DNA of 64,000 nt from Clostridia bacterium (GTDB lineage Bacteria > Bacillota > Clostridia > Oscillospirales > CAG-272). This document shows, in pieces, positions 18,084-28,400 of the stretch (the first letter of the stretch is position 1; each line of letters starts with the position of its first letter). The notes below the pieces were generated by a model that saw only the letters and a list, made by a program, of their open reading frames with translations, had not been told where the DNA came from and did no database searches. The DNA is taken from contig JAFTLK010000065.1 of assembly GCA_017455975.1 (NCBI GenBank), positions 336-64,335 of the forward strand, written 5' to 3'. Made by a program: the position numbers and the translations under genes.

Positions 18084-19550
18084 TTACTGATTCAGTTCGT
18101 CCAGAATTCCCACGGTTTTCTCGATTGCCTTCAAAATGCTCTTTTCCTTCTTTGCCATGTGCGATGCGACATCAAATTTCTTTGTGGCAACCATATCACG
18201 TACCATATAGCAGGTCTGCCCGAGGGAGTGGTTGTAGAGATATTCTGTGTCGAGATACAGGGACTGACGGATGATCTCCAGCATTTCCAGCGTTTCCTCG
18301 TTGCGGGCAAACTTTTCCTGCAGACAGGTGGAGAAATACACCGGTGTGACGGCATTGTACGATTCTGCCGCCATCGCCTCCATGACGATCAGAGCGGAAT
18401 CGGGATCGGGATTGTCGGCGGGGATTCCCCACAGGGCCGCACCGTTATATGCGGCAGTATGATAGGCATCCTGTGCCTCATCGAGCTTCGGCAGCGGGAC
18501 AATGGTGTAATTGTCCTCCATTTCACGGAAGTCGATACGGGCAGAATCCAGCTCGCGGACGATCATCAGCGCCTGCGAGTTCAGAAACTTATTGTACTGC
18601 AGAGAAACGTCGGAGGTTCTGAAAACGCCGACCGATGCACCGTTCGTATCATAAGATTCCAGATAGCTCATCAGCTTGACAAGCCGTTCCTGATCGGGCG
18701 CGTATGCCGGAATGCCGTCGGTGACGGTGATCTGATGAATGTCGGCGGAGGTATAGAAGGAGTCGGAGGAATTGTATACATCAAGTACAAGACCGTAGCG
18801 ATCCTTGTCATCCATCATTCCGGAGCCGTCAATGTCGACGCTGATCTGCTTGGTGATCTCTGTCATTTTGTCCATCGTCCACTTGCCGTCGCGGACCAGC
18901 GCGGGAATGCTTTCAATGTCGTTGGCGACGCTGATGCTGTCATTCACGAACATGACATAAGCACCGCCGAGCGTGGTCAGAACCGCGACATCCCCTGTGA
19001 CAAAGTACATACCGCCGCCGAGCGTCAGTCCGTGCACGGTCGCTTGATTCCACCAGGGAGCTGTCGTGTCAAGATGCGGCATGCCGATGAGGTCATAGAA
19101 GCAGTATTCGAGTGCCAGAGGCGTGATACTGGTACCCCAGCCGGAGATGATCTGCCATGCATTGTCGCCTGCCGCAATGGATGCACGGATTTTGGATACC
19201 TCTGTGGAATAGGTTTCCCAGCCTGCACCCTCAAACATTTCCCATTTGAAGTTCAGACGTTCTTCCAGATCCCGGTTGCGCTTGTAAATGGTATCGTTGA
19301 GAACGTCGCCGGTTTCTCCTTCATTGTCAATTTCCTCTGAGGCATCGCCGCGGACATGGATGGTGATGGTCTTTCCGCCGAGATCGGTGCCCTCGGGAAT
19401 GTCATCCTTCCAGCGGGACTCGGCAACAGCTTCGGTTGCGGGTGTGGTATCGGCATTTTCGGTTACCGTCTCGGTGTCGCCTGCAGAAGCGCAGGAGGCG
19501 AGGATGAGGGAAGCAAGCAGGAGAGTGATCGTCAGTGTGCGTGTTTTCAT
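18084..19550 (-). CDS. Extracellular solute-binding lipoprotein, paralog 3
   Basis: ATG at 19550 (MKTRTLTITLLLASLILASC lipobox) with AAGGAG upstream; the track ORF extends to 19640. Contains LNDTIYKRNRDLEERLN and TAPWWN motifs. Confidence 0.8.
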   Translation of the reverse strand: MKTRTLTITLLLASLILASCASAGDTETVTENADTTPATEAVAESRWKDDIPEGTDLGGKTITIHVRGDASEEIDNEGETGDVLNDTIYKRNRDLEERLNFKWEMFEGAGWETYSTEVSKIRASIAAGDNAWQIISGWGTSITPLALEYCFYDLIGMPHLDTTAPWWNQATVHGLTLGGGMYFVTGDVAVLTTLGGAYVMFVNDSISVANDIESIPALVRDGKWTMDKMTEITKQISVDIDGSGMMDDKDRYGLVLDVYNSSDSFYTSADIHQITVTDGIPAYAPDQERLVKLMSYLESYDTNGASVGVFRTSDVSLQYNKFLNSQALMIVRELDSARIDFREMEDNYTIVPLPKLDEAQDAYHTAAYNGAALWGIPADNPDPDSALIVMEAMAAESYNAVTPVYFSTCLQEKFARNEETLEMLEIIRQSLYLDTEYLYNHSLGQTCYMVRDMVATKKFDVASHMAKKEKSILKAIEKTVGILDELNQ

Positions 19551-19611
19551 GATGGTTGCTCCTTGTCTTTTTGGATGAAATGTTTGGATAAACACCGATG
19601 TTGTTTGTTTC

Positions 19612-19640
19612 ATTTTAACATAGTTTCCAAAAAATGTCAA
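19612..19640 (-). promoter_or_regulatory. Sigma-A-type promoter of SBP paralog 3
   Basis: Minus strand reads TTGACA - 17 nt - TAAAAT, with TG at -15/-14. Confidence 0.6.
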
Positions 19641-19680
19641 TACTTTGTTTAGAAAAACTAAATAAGTACAGAAAAGGACA

Positions 19681-19870
19681 GGGCTGTTGCATTTGATAAA
19701 TCATTGAACAAAGGATAACTCCCTCAGTCAAAAAAAGACGCTGAACGTCTTTTTTTGACAGCTCCCTCGGGGAGGGAGCCTAAATTAAGCCTCCCTCTGG
19801 TTGAGGGAGGTGGCTCACCTGCGGTGAGCCGGAGGGAGTTTTTGATACATTGATCTAAATGCAACAGCCC
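19681..19870 (-). repeat. 190-bp multi-hairpin repeat element, copy B
   Basis: Perfect 14-nt inverted termini GGGCTGTTGCATTT/AAATGCAACAGCCC. Same helix set as copy A. Lies 11 nt after the GH36 stop codon. Confidence 0.8.
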
Positions 19871-19881
19871 GCTTTTTGTTT

Positions 19882-21846
19882 TTACAATGTGACAATATGG
19901 TAGAACCAAACAACACCCTCGCGCTTGGCAAGCGACAGCGGAATACCCGCCATCAGCTGCTCGCCCGTCAGCTGCATGATATCGCCGTTTTCCATGTTCT
20001 CAAAGAAATAGATGTCCTCGGGATTATGGACGATCATGTGCAGGTCAAACGTGTCATCATCCACACGGGTATTACGGATGAGCTGTACAAAGCCGTCGCC
20101 GACCTCGGGATCGTCAAACTGCATCGCATACCAGTCCTCGGGAGAGGCATTGCAAGCGGTCAGCGGATAGTAATCGGCGCGGAGCTCGATTTCCGCCGCA
20201 CGCCGCCAGATCGGCAGCATGACAGCGGCACATTCGTATTCGCTGTCCGGACCGTCAAACGTCGTCATGTTGGTCAGGGACGGTGCGAGCGCGCAGTGGA
20301 ACGCGAACGCATCGACCGGTTTGCCGCCGTTTATATACAGCCCCTCGTCGTTGTCCCAACTCATGTTGTGCGCGCGGAAATAGGGAATCCACTCAAACAT
20401 CAGTCTGTGCTGCTTCTGCTTGATCGGATGGTTTCCGTATCCGACATCGGTGTAGTGCAGCGGGACGGCACGGCGCATCGTGTCAAGGTCATTCCGTCTG
20501 CCGCCGGATGCACAGGAGTCGATCCACAGCCCCGGATTGGCATCGATGAGCGCATCCCAATAACGCAGATAACCCTGTACATGCAGGTTTTCCAGCGCTC
20601 CGATGCGGTCATCGGTTTCATGCAGCTCCCAATACGGTGCGGGATTGAAGTTGAAGTCCTGACGGTAGAGGTGGATGTGATATGCTTTGATGAGTCCGTT
20701 GACATGACCGATCAGCCAATCACAGCAGGCTGTGTCGCCGAGGTTGAGCAGAGCCTGTCCGGAGTCGTTTTTGAGCAGCCATTCCGGATGCTCGTTCCAC
20801 AGCTCCGTGCCTTCCCGTACGCGCTCCGGTTCAAACCACAAAAGCAGCTGAACGCCGTTGTCCTCACATGCCTGACCGAGCGGACCAAGCCCTCTCGGAA
20901 AACGTTCGGGATCGTGCCGCCAGGTTCCTGTCAGCGGCCAATCAAAATTGCACGGATACCAGCCGGCATCAAACCACCAGATGTCCGGCTTCATGCCGCA
21001 GTCAATGTAGGTCTGAAGGCCGGTCAGCTGCTGTTCCTCCGTCGCACCGGTAAATTCGGGACCGCCGACATTCCATACATGCAGACAGAGCTTGGGCGGA
21101 ATGGGTTCGCCGTTTTCGCGCGGGAGAATGTGCTTGAAATAGAACTTGCGCCACAGATTGCGTCCGCGGGCTTCGTCTCCGGCATACGCCTGCATTGTGA
21201 CGCGCGGTGTACGCATGACCTCACCCGGGAGAATTGTCATGTGACAGCGCGCCTGACCGATGCTGACTGCCGCGCCGTCAGCCGTTCCTGTAAACTGCGC
21301 AGACCAGCCGCCGGTCCAGCCGATGCCGATGTTGACGCCGAAGTCCTCGTACTGCAGACGCATATACGGTCCGTCGTCACAGCAAGGCGTGCCGCCCTTT
21401 GGCGCTTTGGATACGGCAGTACCGCCGTCAAGTGCGGTATAGGTGATTGTATAGCCGGTTTCATTGCAGTTGTCGCCGTTGTTGTGAATCAGAATGGGGG
21501 AGCTGCCTTCGATGACCGTATCGACAATGCAGATATCAGAGACGATCGGCGAGGGGTGGTCGGTCGTGTTTTCAAACGACGCGACCCAATCGACCACGGG
21601 AAAATCACGGTACATCTGCACCGTTGCCGTGACGGCAAGACCGCTCATATGCACACCGCGGAGTATGTATTGCGTGATGTTTGCGTCGATTTGCTGCCGT
21701 GTAACGGTCGGACGGAAGAATTTCGGAATGCCGCGGTATGCAACGCCGTCGATCTTGTACGACAGCGGCGCACACTCGGGGGATGTGAAGGGGCAGATAC
21801 GGTTCTGCAGTGCCATATCGGCAGGGGTGGCATACAGCTTGCTCAT
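19882..21846 (-). CDS. Glycoside hydrolase family 36-like (alpha-galactosidase-type), cytoplasmic
   Basis: 654 aa with no signal peptide. WWFDAGWYP, YRQDFNFN (nucleophile region) and DSCASGGRRNDLD (acid/base region) resemble GH36 signatures. AAGGAGG RBS. Confidence 0.6.
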   Translation of the reverse strand: MSKLYATPADMALQNRICPFTSPECAPLSYKIDGVAYRGIPKFFRPTVTRQQIDANITQYILRGVHMSGLAVTATVQMYRDFPVVDWVASFENTTDHPSPIVSDICIVDTVIEGSSPILIHNNGDNCNETGYTITYTALDGGTAVSKAPKGGTPCCDDGPYMRLQYEDFGVNIGIGWTGGWSAQFTGTADGAAVSIGQARCHMTILPGEVMRTPRVTMQAYAGDEARGRNLWRKFYFKHILPRENGEPIPPKLCLHVWNVGGPEFTGATEEQQLTGLQTYIDCGMKPDIWWFDAGWYPCNFDWPLTGTWRHDPERFPRGLGPLGQACEDNGVQLLLWFEPERVREGTELWNEHPEWLLKNDSGQALLNLGDTACCDWLIGHVNGLIKAYHIHLYRQDFNFNPAPYWELHETDDRIGALENLHVQGYLRYWDALIDANPGLWIDSCASGGRRNDLDTMRRAVPLHYTDVGYGNHPIKQKQHRLMFEWIPYFRAHNMSWDNDEGLYINGGKPVDAFAFHCALAPSLTNMTTFDGPDSEYECAAVMLPIWRRAAEIELRADYYPLTACNASPEDWYAMQFDDPEVGDGFVQLIRNTRVDDDTFDLHMIVHNPEDIYFFENMENGDIMQLTGEQLMAGIPLSLAKREGVVWFYHIVTL

Positions 21847-21870
21847 GGGGTTCCTCCTTTGACGGATCTG

Positions 21871-21899
21871 TCATGATTTTTGCGGGGCGGGAATACAAT
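21871..21899 (+). promoter_or_regulatory. Possible sigma-E-type sporulation promoter of spoIID
   Basis: TCATGATT - 13 nt - AATACAAT. Resembles the Bacillus sigma-E consensus (ATATT / CATACAHT) from memory. Speculative. Confidence 0.25.
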
Positions 21900-21969
21900 G
21901 TCGCAGGTTTCCGCCTGTTTTCTTTATTGTACACGATTTTCGCGAGGTTTTCAAGAGGTATTGCAAAAA

Positions 21970-23142
21970 ATGAAGATTTTATTTTTGTCCGCCGCGCTGC
22001 TGACGGCACTTCTTCTGACTGTACCGCAGCTTGGATTTCTGATCAGCAATCCTGAATACGTCCCCCATGACACCCGGATGACTGCTCCGAACGATGATGT
22101 CCCGGACACAGACACGGCACCCGAATCCGTTTCGGTGCATACGGACAGCGAAACGGCAGCAACCGATACCGCATCGGATACCGTACAGGTCGCCGCCATA
22201 CCTGCAGCGATACCAAAAGAAACAGAGACGACCGTATGTGAGACAACGGCACATGCGTCAGCGGTGCTTACAGAACCCTGCGTTACCGCGCCGCCGCATA
22301 CAGAGGAGACCGCCGCCGTTCCGTCGGATCCATCCGGATATGACCGTCGGACAATGCTGCAGATACAGGGTGAGACAGAAGATTATGAAATATCCATGCA
22401 CGATTATCTGATCGGTGTGGTCATGGCAGAAATGCCGGCCAGCTTTCATGAGCAGGCGCTCTGTGCGCAGGCGGTCGCCGCACGTAGTTATCTTTTGTAC
22501 CGCCGCGATAACGGATTCCGGATTCCCGACTACGGTTCGTCAAGCACGGCGCATTTTACCGAAGCGGAGGGACGTGCATTCTTTGGGGAACATTATCCGT
22601 CGGTATTGGATGCGGTCACGGCGGCAGTAGAGGAGACGGACGGTATCGTGCTGACCTATGACGGCGACTATTGCTGTGCGGCATATCATGCGATGTCCTA
22701 TGGATGTACCGAGGACGGTGCGGCGGTCTGGGGAGGGGACGAACCGTATCTCGTTTCTGTGGCGACGCCGGAGGGGGCGGACATCCATGGAATGACAACG
22801 ACCGCCGATTATGACGAGGCATCTCTGTGTGTGATGCTCGGCGTAAAAGCCGCGCTTCCTCTGCATGTGACCCGTACCGATGCCGGCAGGCTTGCCGCTG
22901 TTACCGCAGCCGACGGTACGGTCATCACAGGCGAGCGGTTCCGCGCATGTCTGCGTCTGCGTGCGACCTCGGTTGAGATCACAGCCCAGAACTGCGATAC
23001 CGTTTCTCTGCGTGTGCGCGGTTATGGGCATGGGGTTGGCATGAGCCAGTACGGGGCGGATGCGTATGCCGATGCCGGATGGACGTATCAGGAGATCCTT
23101 GCGCATTATTATCCCGGGACAACGCTCGGATTGATGCCGTAA
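21970..23142 (+). CDS. spoIID: Stage II sporulation protein D (SpoIID/LytB domain lytic transglycosylase)
   Basis: ATG at 21970 (MKILFLSAALL signal/anchor). Contains AQAVAARSYLLY, AAYHAMSYGCTE and GYGHGVGMSQYGA motifs. Confidence 0.85.
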   Translation: MKILFLSAALLTALLLTVPQLGFLISNPEYVPHDTRMTAPNDDVPDTDTAPESVSVHTDSETAATDTASDTVQVAAIPAAIPKETETTVCETTAHASAVLTEPCVTAPPHTEETAAVPSDPSGYDRRTMLQIQGETEDYEISMHDYLIGVVMAEMPASFHEQALCAQAVAARSYLLYRRDNGFRIPDYGSSSTAHFTEAEGRAFFGEHYPSVLDAVTAAVEETDGIVLTYDGDYCCAAYHAMSYGCTEDGAAVWGGDEPYLVSVATPEGADIHGMTTTADYDEASLCVMLGVKAALPLHVTRTDAGRLAAVTAADGTVITGERFRACLRLRATSVEITAQNCDTVSLRVRGYGHGVGMSQYGADAYADAGWTYQEILAHYYPGTTLGLMP

Positions 23143-23145
23143 ATC

Positions 23146-23174
23146 TTGCTTTTTTTGCCTATGTGTGTTATAAT
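23146..23174 (+). promoter_or_regulatory. Sigma-A-type promoter of the GT4-CsaB/addBA unit
   Basis: TTGCTT - 17 nt - TATAAT, with TG at -15/-14. Confidence 0.5.
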
Positions 23175-23210
23175 AAGAGAAAGAATTTTTACACAGAGAG
23201 GGCAGTTGAA

Positions 23211-25421
23211 GTGAAGATTTTAATGGCGACGATGAAAATGGAGATCGGCGGAGCGGAGACACACATTCTTGAGCTGGCGCGTGCGCTGCACAGCCGCGGT
23301 GTCGATGTAACGGTCGTGTCGGCCGGCGGCGTGTATGCAGAACAGCTTGTCTCCGACGGCATTGTGCATGTCACGGCACCTCTGCATACCAGACGCCCCG
23401 ATCAGGTACTGCGTGCCATGTCCATTCTCAGACGGCTCATCCGCGATGGCGGCTTTGATGTTGTACATGCGCATGCGCGCATTCCGGCACTTTTGTGTCA
23501 TCTCCTTTGCCGACAGTATCGGGTACGCTTTGTCACAACGGCGCATCTGAACTTTCATGTCAACTTTCTCTGGCGGCTTCTGACGCGCTGGGGTGAGCAG
23601 ACCGTGGCTGTCAGCGATGATATCAAGCAGTATCTGATCGATGACTACGGCGTATGCCGGGACAATATTTCCGTTACCATCAACGGCATCAATACCGATA
23701 CCTTCTCTCCTGCCATTGATCCGGCACCGGTCATGGAGGCGCTGTCCCTGTCTGCGGACAGGCACCGTATTGTGTGTGTGTCGCGCATGGATACCGACCG
23801 TTCCGAGGCCGCATTGCAGCTGGCGGCGATCGCACCGAAGCTGTATGCGTATGATCCCGACATTGAGGTTTTGCTGGTCGGTGACGGCAATGACTTTGCA
23901 CGTCTGCGTGCCGCCGCCGATGCCGCAAATGCCGAGGTCGGGCATACGGTCGTCCGTCTGACCGGCGCGCGCACCGATATCAGCGTGCTCATCGCCGCAG
24001 GAGACATCTTTGTCGGCGTTTCCCGCGCGGCGCTGGAGGCCATGGCGGTCGCCAAGCCGGTCATTCTCGCCGGTAATCAGGGCTATCTCGGCATCTTCAC
24101 AAAAGACATGTTTGAGGTGGCCTACGATTCCAATTTCTGCTGCCGCGGAGCTGAGGATACCGCCCCCGACCTGTTGTACCGTGATATAACAGCGCTTCTT
24201 TCTATGACGGAGGAGAAGCGGCAGGCGCTCGGACAGGACGGCCGCGCGGTCATCTGTGCACATTATTCCGTATCCCGCATGGCGGATGATTATCTTGCCG
24301 TATATGATGCGGTACGCCCCTACAAGCCATTTACGCACGGCGATCTGCTTTTCTGCGGCTATTACGGCTTTGGCAATATGGGCGACGATTCTCTCCTGCG
24401 CGCAATCATCGCAAACCTGCGCCGCATCGATCCCGATGCGCGTATGACCGTTATGTCAAGATGCCCTGACAAAACCGCCCGGATGTACGGCACGCACGCC
24501 GTCAATCGCTTCAATCCGTTTTCCGTCATCCGCGCTATGCGGCATGCAAAGGTGCTCATTTTCGGCGGCGGCAATCTGCTGCAGGACGGCTCGTCGGCGC
24601 GTTCGCTTTACTATTACACATGGATTCTGAAAACCGCAAAACGGTGCGGATGCCGTATCATGGTCTACGCCAACGGCATCGGTCCTCTGCATCTGGAAAA
24701 GAGCAGACGGGCGGCGGCAGATGCGTTGTCGCTGGCAGACATTATCACCCTGCGTGAGCGTGATTCCGTGCACGAATGTGAGGTGCTCGGTGTCCGGTGT
24801 GACCGCATCCGTCTGACAGCGGATCCGGCGTTTACGCTGCGTGAGGCCGACCCGTCGTGGGTGTCCGGTCTGTGTGCGCGGTACGGCATGGTGAACGGTA
24901 AGCGTTACTTCGTTGTCGCACTGCGCGAATGGAAGAAGGACGAGGAGCGCCGGTGTGCGGCAATGGCCGCTATCTGTGACCGCATGTATGAAGAACACGG
25001 GCTCATTCCCGTATTTTTACCGATGCATGAACCGCTCGATATGGAAATCAACCGCGCGGTACAGCTGCGCTGCCGCTGTGAAACGCTGCTGCTGTCCGGT
25101 CTGACCGGAGGCGAAATGCTCGGGCTGCTGCGGCGCGTCGAATTTGTTGCGGCGATGCGCCTGCATACGCTGATCTACTCCACCGCTGTCGGTACACCTG
25201 CCATCGGACTTGCCTACGACGGCAAGCTCCGTGCATTTATGGAGACAACGGGACAGCCGTATATGCTTGAGGAGCCGGATGAGGCAGCGTTCATGCGCTA
25301 TGCCGGAGAACTGCTTGTGCAGCGCGATGCGCTGTCCGATGCATTGCTTTCCGCACTTGATACCTACCGTGCGCAGGCGATGCAGGATGCCGCGGACGCG
25401 CTGTCGCTTCTGAGGGAATAA
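23211..25421 (+). CDS. Fusion protein: GT4 glycosyltransferase + CsaB-type polysaccharide pyruvyl transferase
   Basis: GTG at 23211 (or ATG at 23223). N-terminal half has GGAETHILELARAL (GT4-like). C-terminal half has CGYYGFGNMGDDSLL...FGGGNLLQD...VYANGIGP (pyruvyl transferase/CsaB-like). Confidence 0.7.
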   Translation: MKILMATMKMEIGGAETHILELARALHSRGVDVTVVSAGGVYAEQLVSDGIVHVTAPLHTRRPDQVLRAMSILRRLIRDGGFDVVHAHARIPALLCHLLCRQYRVRFVTTAHLNFHVNFLWRLLTRWGEQTVAVSDDIKQYLIDDYGVCRDNISVTINGINTDTFSPAIDPAPVMEALSLSADRHRIVCVSRMDTDRSEAALQLAAIAPKLYAYDPDIEVLLVGDGNDFARLRAAADAANAEVGHTVVRLTGARTDISVLIAAGDIFVGVSRAALEAMAVAKPVILAGNQGYLGIFTKDMFEVAYDSNFCCRGAEDTAPDLLYRDITALLSMTEEKRQALGQDGRAVICAHYSVSRMADDYLAVYDAVRPYKPFTHGDLLFCGYYGFGNMGDDSLLRAIIANLRRIDPDARMTVMSRCPDKTARMYGTHAVNRFNPFSVIRAMRHAKVLIFGGGNLLQDGSSARSLYYYTWILKTAKRCGCRIMVYANGIGPLHLEKSRRAAADALSLADIITLRERDSVHECEVLGVRCDRIRLTADPAFTLREADPSWVSGLCARYGMVNGKRYFVVALREWKKDEERRCAAMAAICDRMYEEHGLIPVFLPMHEPLDMEINRAVQLRCRCETLLLSGLTGGEMLGLLRRVEFVAAMRLHTLIYSTAVGTPAIGLAYDGKLRAFMETTGQPYMLEEPDEAAFMRYAGELLVQRDALSDALLSALDTYRAQAMQDAADALSLLRE

Positions 25422-25424
25422 TTT

Positions 25425-28400
25425 ATGCTGACATTCATCTACGGAAAAAGCGGTACGGGCAAGACCTATGCTGTGACGGAGGAGATCGGGGCACTTCTCA
25501 CATCCGGTGCCGCCGTGATCCTTTTGTGTCCCGAGCAGGAGGCTGTGATCGCCGAGCGCCGGACAACCGAGCGGTTTTCCGGTGTTATCCCGACCGCGAA
25601 TCTCGAAATTCTGAACTTTGGCCGCCTGCCGGAACGTGTGTTCCGCGAATACGGCGGTCTGACCGATCAGCTTTTGTCCTCCGGCGGCAGACGTCTGCTG
25701 ATGCAGCGCGTGCTGTCGGAAACGGCACCGTTTCTGCGTGAATACAGCCGCTGTACAGAAGATCCCGCGATGATCGATCGGCTGCTTGCAGCCATTGCTG
25801 AGTTCAAAATGTTCTGCATTCAGCCGGGTCGGCTGGAGGAGGCAGGGAAGACACTGCCGCAGGGGTACCATCGGCTGTCGGACAAGCTGCACGATCTGTC
25901 GCTCTTATATGGCGCTTATGAAACGCTTCTGCACAGAGAATATCACGATCCGCAGGACGCACTGTCATCGCTGGACAGTGTGCTTGACGAGACGGACGGA
26001 GCTTTTTTTGCAGGGAAGCATATTTTTCTTGACGGCTTCAACGGCTTTACCGCACAGCAGTACCGCATCATTGCACATATGCTCCGTCATGCCGATGCGG
26101 TTACGGTCACACTTGGCTGTCCTGCCGATGACGGGGAACCGGAGTGGATGCTGCGCCGTATTTATGAGACGCGCAGAACGCTCCGACATCTGGCAGAAAC
26201 CTGCGGTACCGGGATCCGTACGCACGCAATGACAGAAAACCGCCGCACCTCCTCCCCCGCGCTGCTCCATCTGACAGAGCATCTGTGGTCGATGGGGACA
26301 ACGCCGGTGTGTGATGCCGGGGAGGATGTCGCGCTGTTTGCATGCGATAATCCCTTTGACGAAGCGGAGGCGGTTGCACTTGACATCTGCCGCTATATCC
26401 GTGCCGGCGGCCGATATCGGGATATCACGGTCATCACGCGCGATCCTGCACGGTACGACGGTATTCTCGATGCGGCATTCGGTGTCTGCGGCATTCCGTG
26501 CGATACCGCGCGGCGAACACCCGTCACGGCAAAACCGTTTTTCCGATATCTGCGCCATCTGTTTGCACTGTCGACCTACCGCATGGCGCGTACCGATCTG
26601 ATCGGAATGATCAAAACCGGGTGCTCCGGCATTCCCGCAGCGGATGCTTTCCATTATGAAAATTACATCACAACATGGAATCTGACCGGCCGGCGTCTGA
26701 CCCCGGAGGAGCCGCATGTGCTCCATCCGCGCGGCTATATTGAAGAATTTTCGGACGATGACCGCTTGGTACTGGAGGCTGTCAATCGCGTGCGGGGACA
26801 GCTCATGGATGAATATGTGCCGTTCCTTGAGGACATCGGCGGGGCGGAATGTACGGTAACCGACACGGCTGCGCGTCTTTATCACTTCTTAACCGAACGC
26901 GGGATACCCGCGATGCTCGATGCACATGCGGACGAGGAGGAACACTTCGGTGATCCGGCAGGAGCGGAGGAGACCCGCCAGCTGTGGGATCTCTTTGTCG
27001 ATGCGCTCGATACGCTTGTATCCATTGCCGGAGATCTTCCGGGCGGTGCGGCCGCATTCTGGCAGTTGTTTTCACTCGTCGTCTCCGATCTTGACATCGG
27101 TACCATTCCCGCGCGTGCCGATCAGGTCATGATCGGTGATGCATCGCTGATCCGTGCGGACAGTGCAAAGGTCGTTTACCTGATCGGTGCGGTGGACGGT
27201 GTGTTCCCGAAAACACCGGAGGAAGATGCGCTGCTTTCCGACCATGAAAAGAGCATTCTGTCCGGGCTTGGTATCGGGCTCTCGGCCGATACAGCAGCAC
27301 GTCTGCAGGACGAGCTGTTCCACTTCTGGTTTTCCTGTGCAGCGGCGGAAAAGCGTCTTGTCGTGAGCTGGCCGCGCGCCGATCTGTCGGGCAAGGCATA
27401 CCGCCCGTCGACCGGGGTAGAGCGTATTCGCCTGCTGTTTCCGAACCTTACACCCATCAGCCCGACCCATCAGCCGCCGCTGCAGCGGCTGTGCTCGAAG
27501 AGCGGGGCATTTGAGATGATGGCATATGAAAAGAACACGCCGCTCGGACGTGCGCTGCACGATTATTTTGCGGCAGCGGCCGAGGAGGACAGCGCGCTTG
27601 CACGCCGTCTTGCGGCGCTTGCACAGCCGCTGACCCAGCGGAGGTGCCGGCTCAATGAGGAAACACTCGGCATGCTGTTCGGCGACACCGTTTCCATGAC
27701 GCAGTCGCGTCTGGAACGCTATGTTCTCTGCCATTTCTCCTATTTCTGCGGATATGTGCTGAAGCTGCAGGAGCCGAAGCGCGCATCGTTTGATGCGGCG
27801 GACATCGGATCGTTTGTACATGATGTTCTGCGCGGCTTTCTTGAGCTTTACACCACCGATGAAGATCCTGCGCGCTTCACCGATGAGACGGTGCTGTCTG
27901 AGACAATGGCATCGCTTGTCAGCCGATATTTGTCCTCGGTCTGCGGTGTGCGCTGGGATACCCATCAGCCGGCGCGGATCCGTCATCTGTTCGACCGTCT
28001 GACGCGGTCATCCTCGGTCATTGCACGGAATCTGATGCATGAATTTGCGCAGAGCGACTTTGTACCGCGTGATTTTGAACTTCCGGTCGGTGCCGATGAC
28101 GGCAGTGCGATTCCCGCGCTGACCATGCGAACGGAGGATGGCGGTCGCGTACGTCTGTACGGTACCATCGACCGTGTGGATACATACGAATCTGACGGCG
28201 TGACATATGTGCGCGTCGTTGACTATAAAACTTATGTCAAGCGATTTTCGCTGGACGATGTTGCGGCGGGTATCAATCTGCAGATGCTCCTCTATCTGTT
28301 TGCTGTGTGGAAAAACGGCGGCACGCGTTACAGCGGGGAGCTGCGCCCGGCGGGCATCCTTTATATGGGCGCGAGTCCGTCCGAGGTGACGCACAACGGC

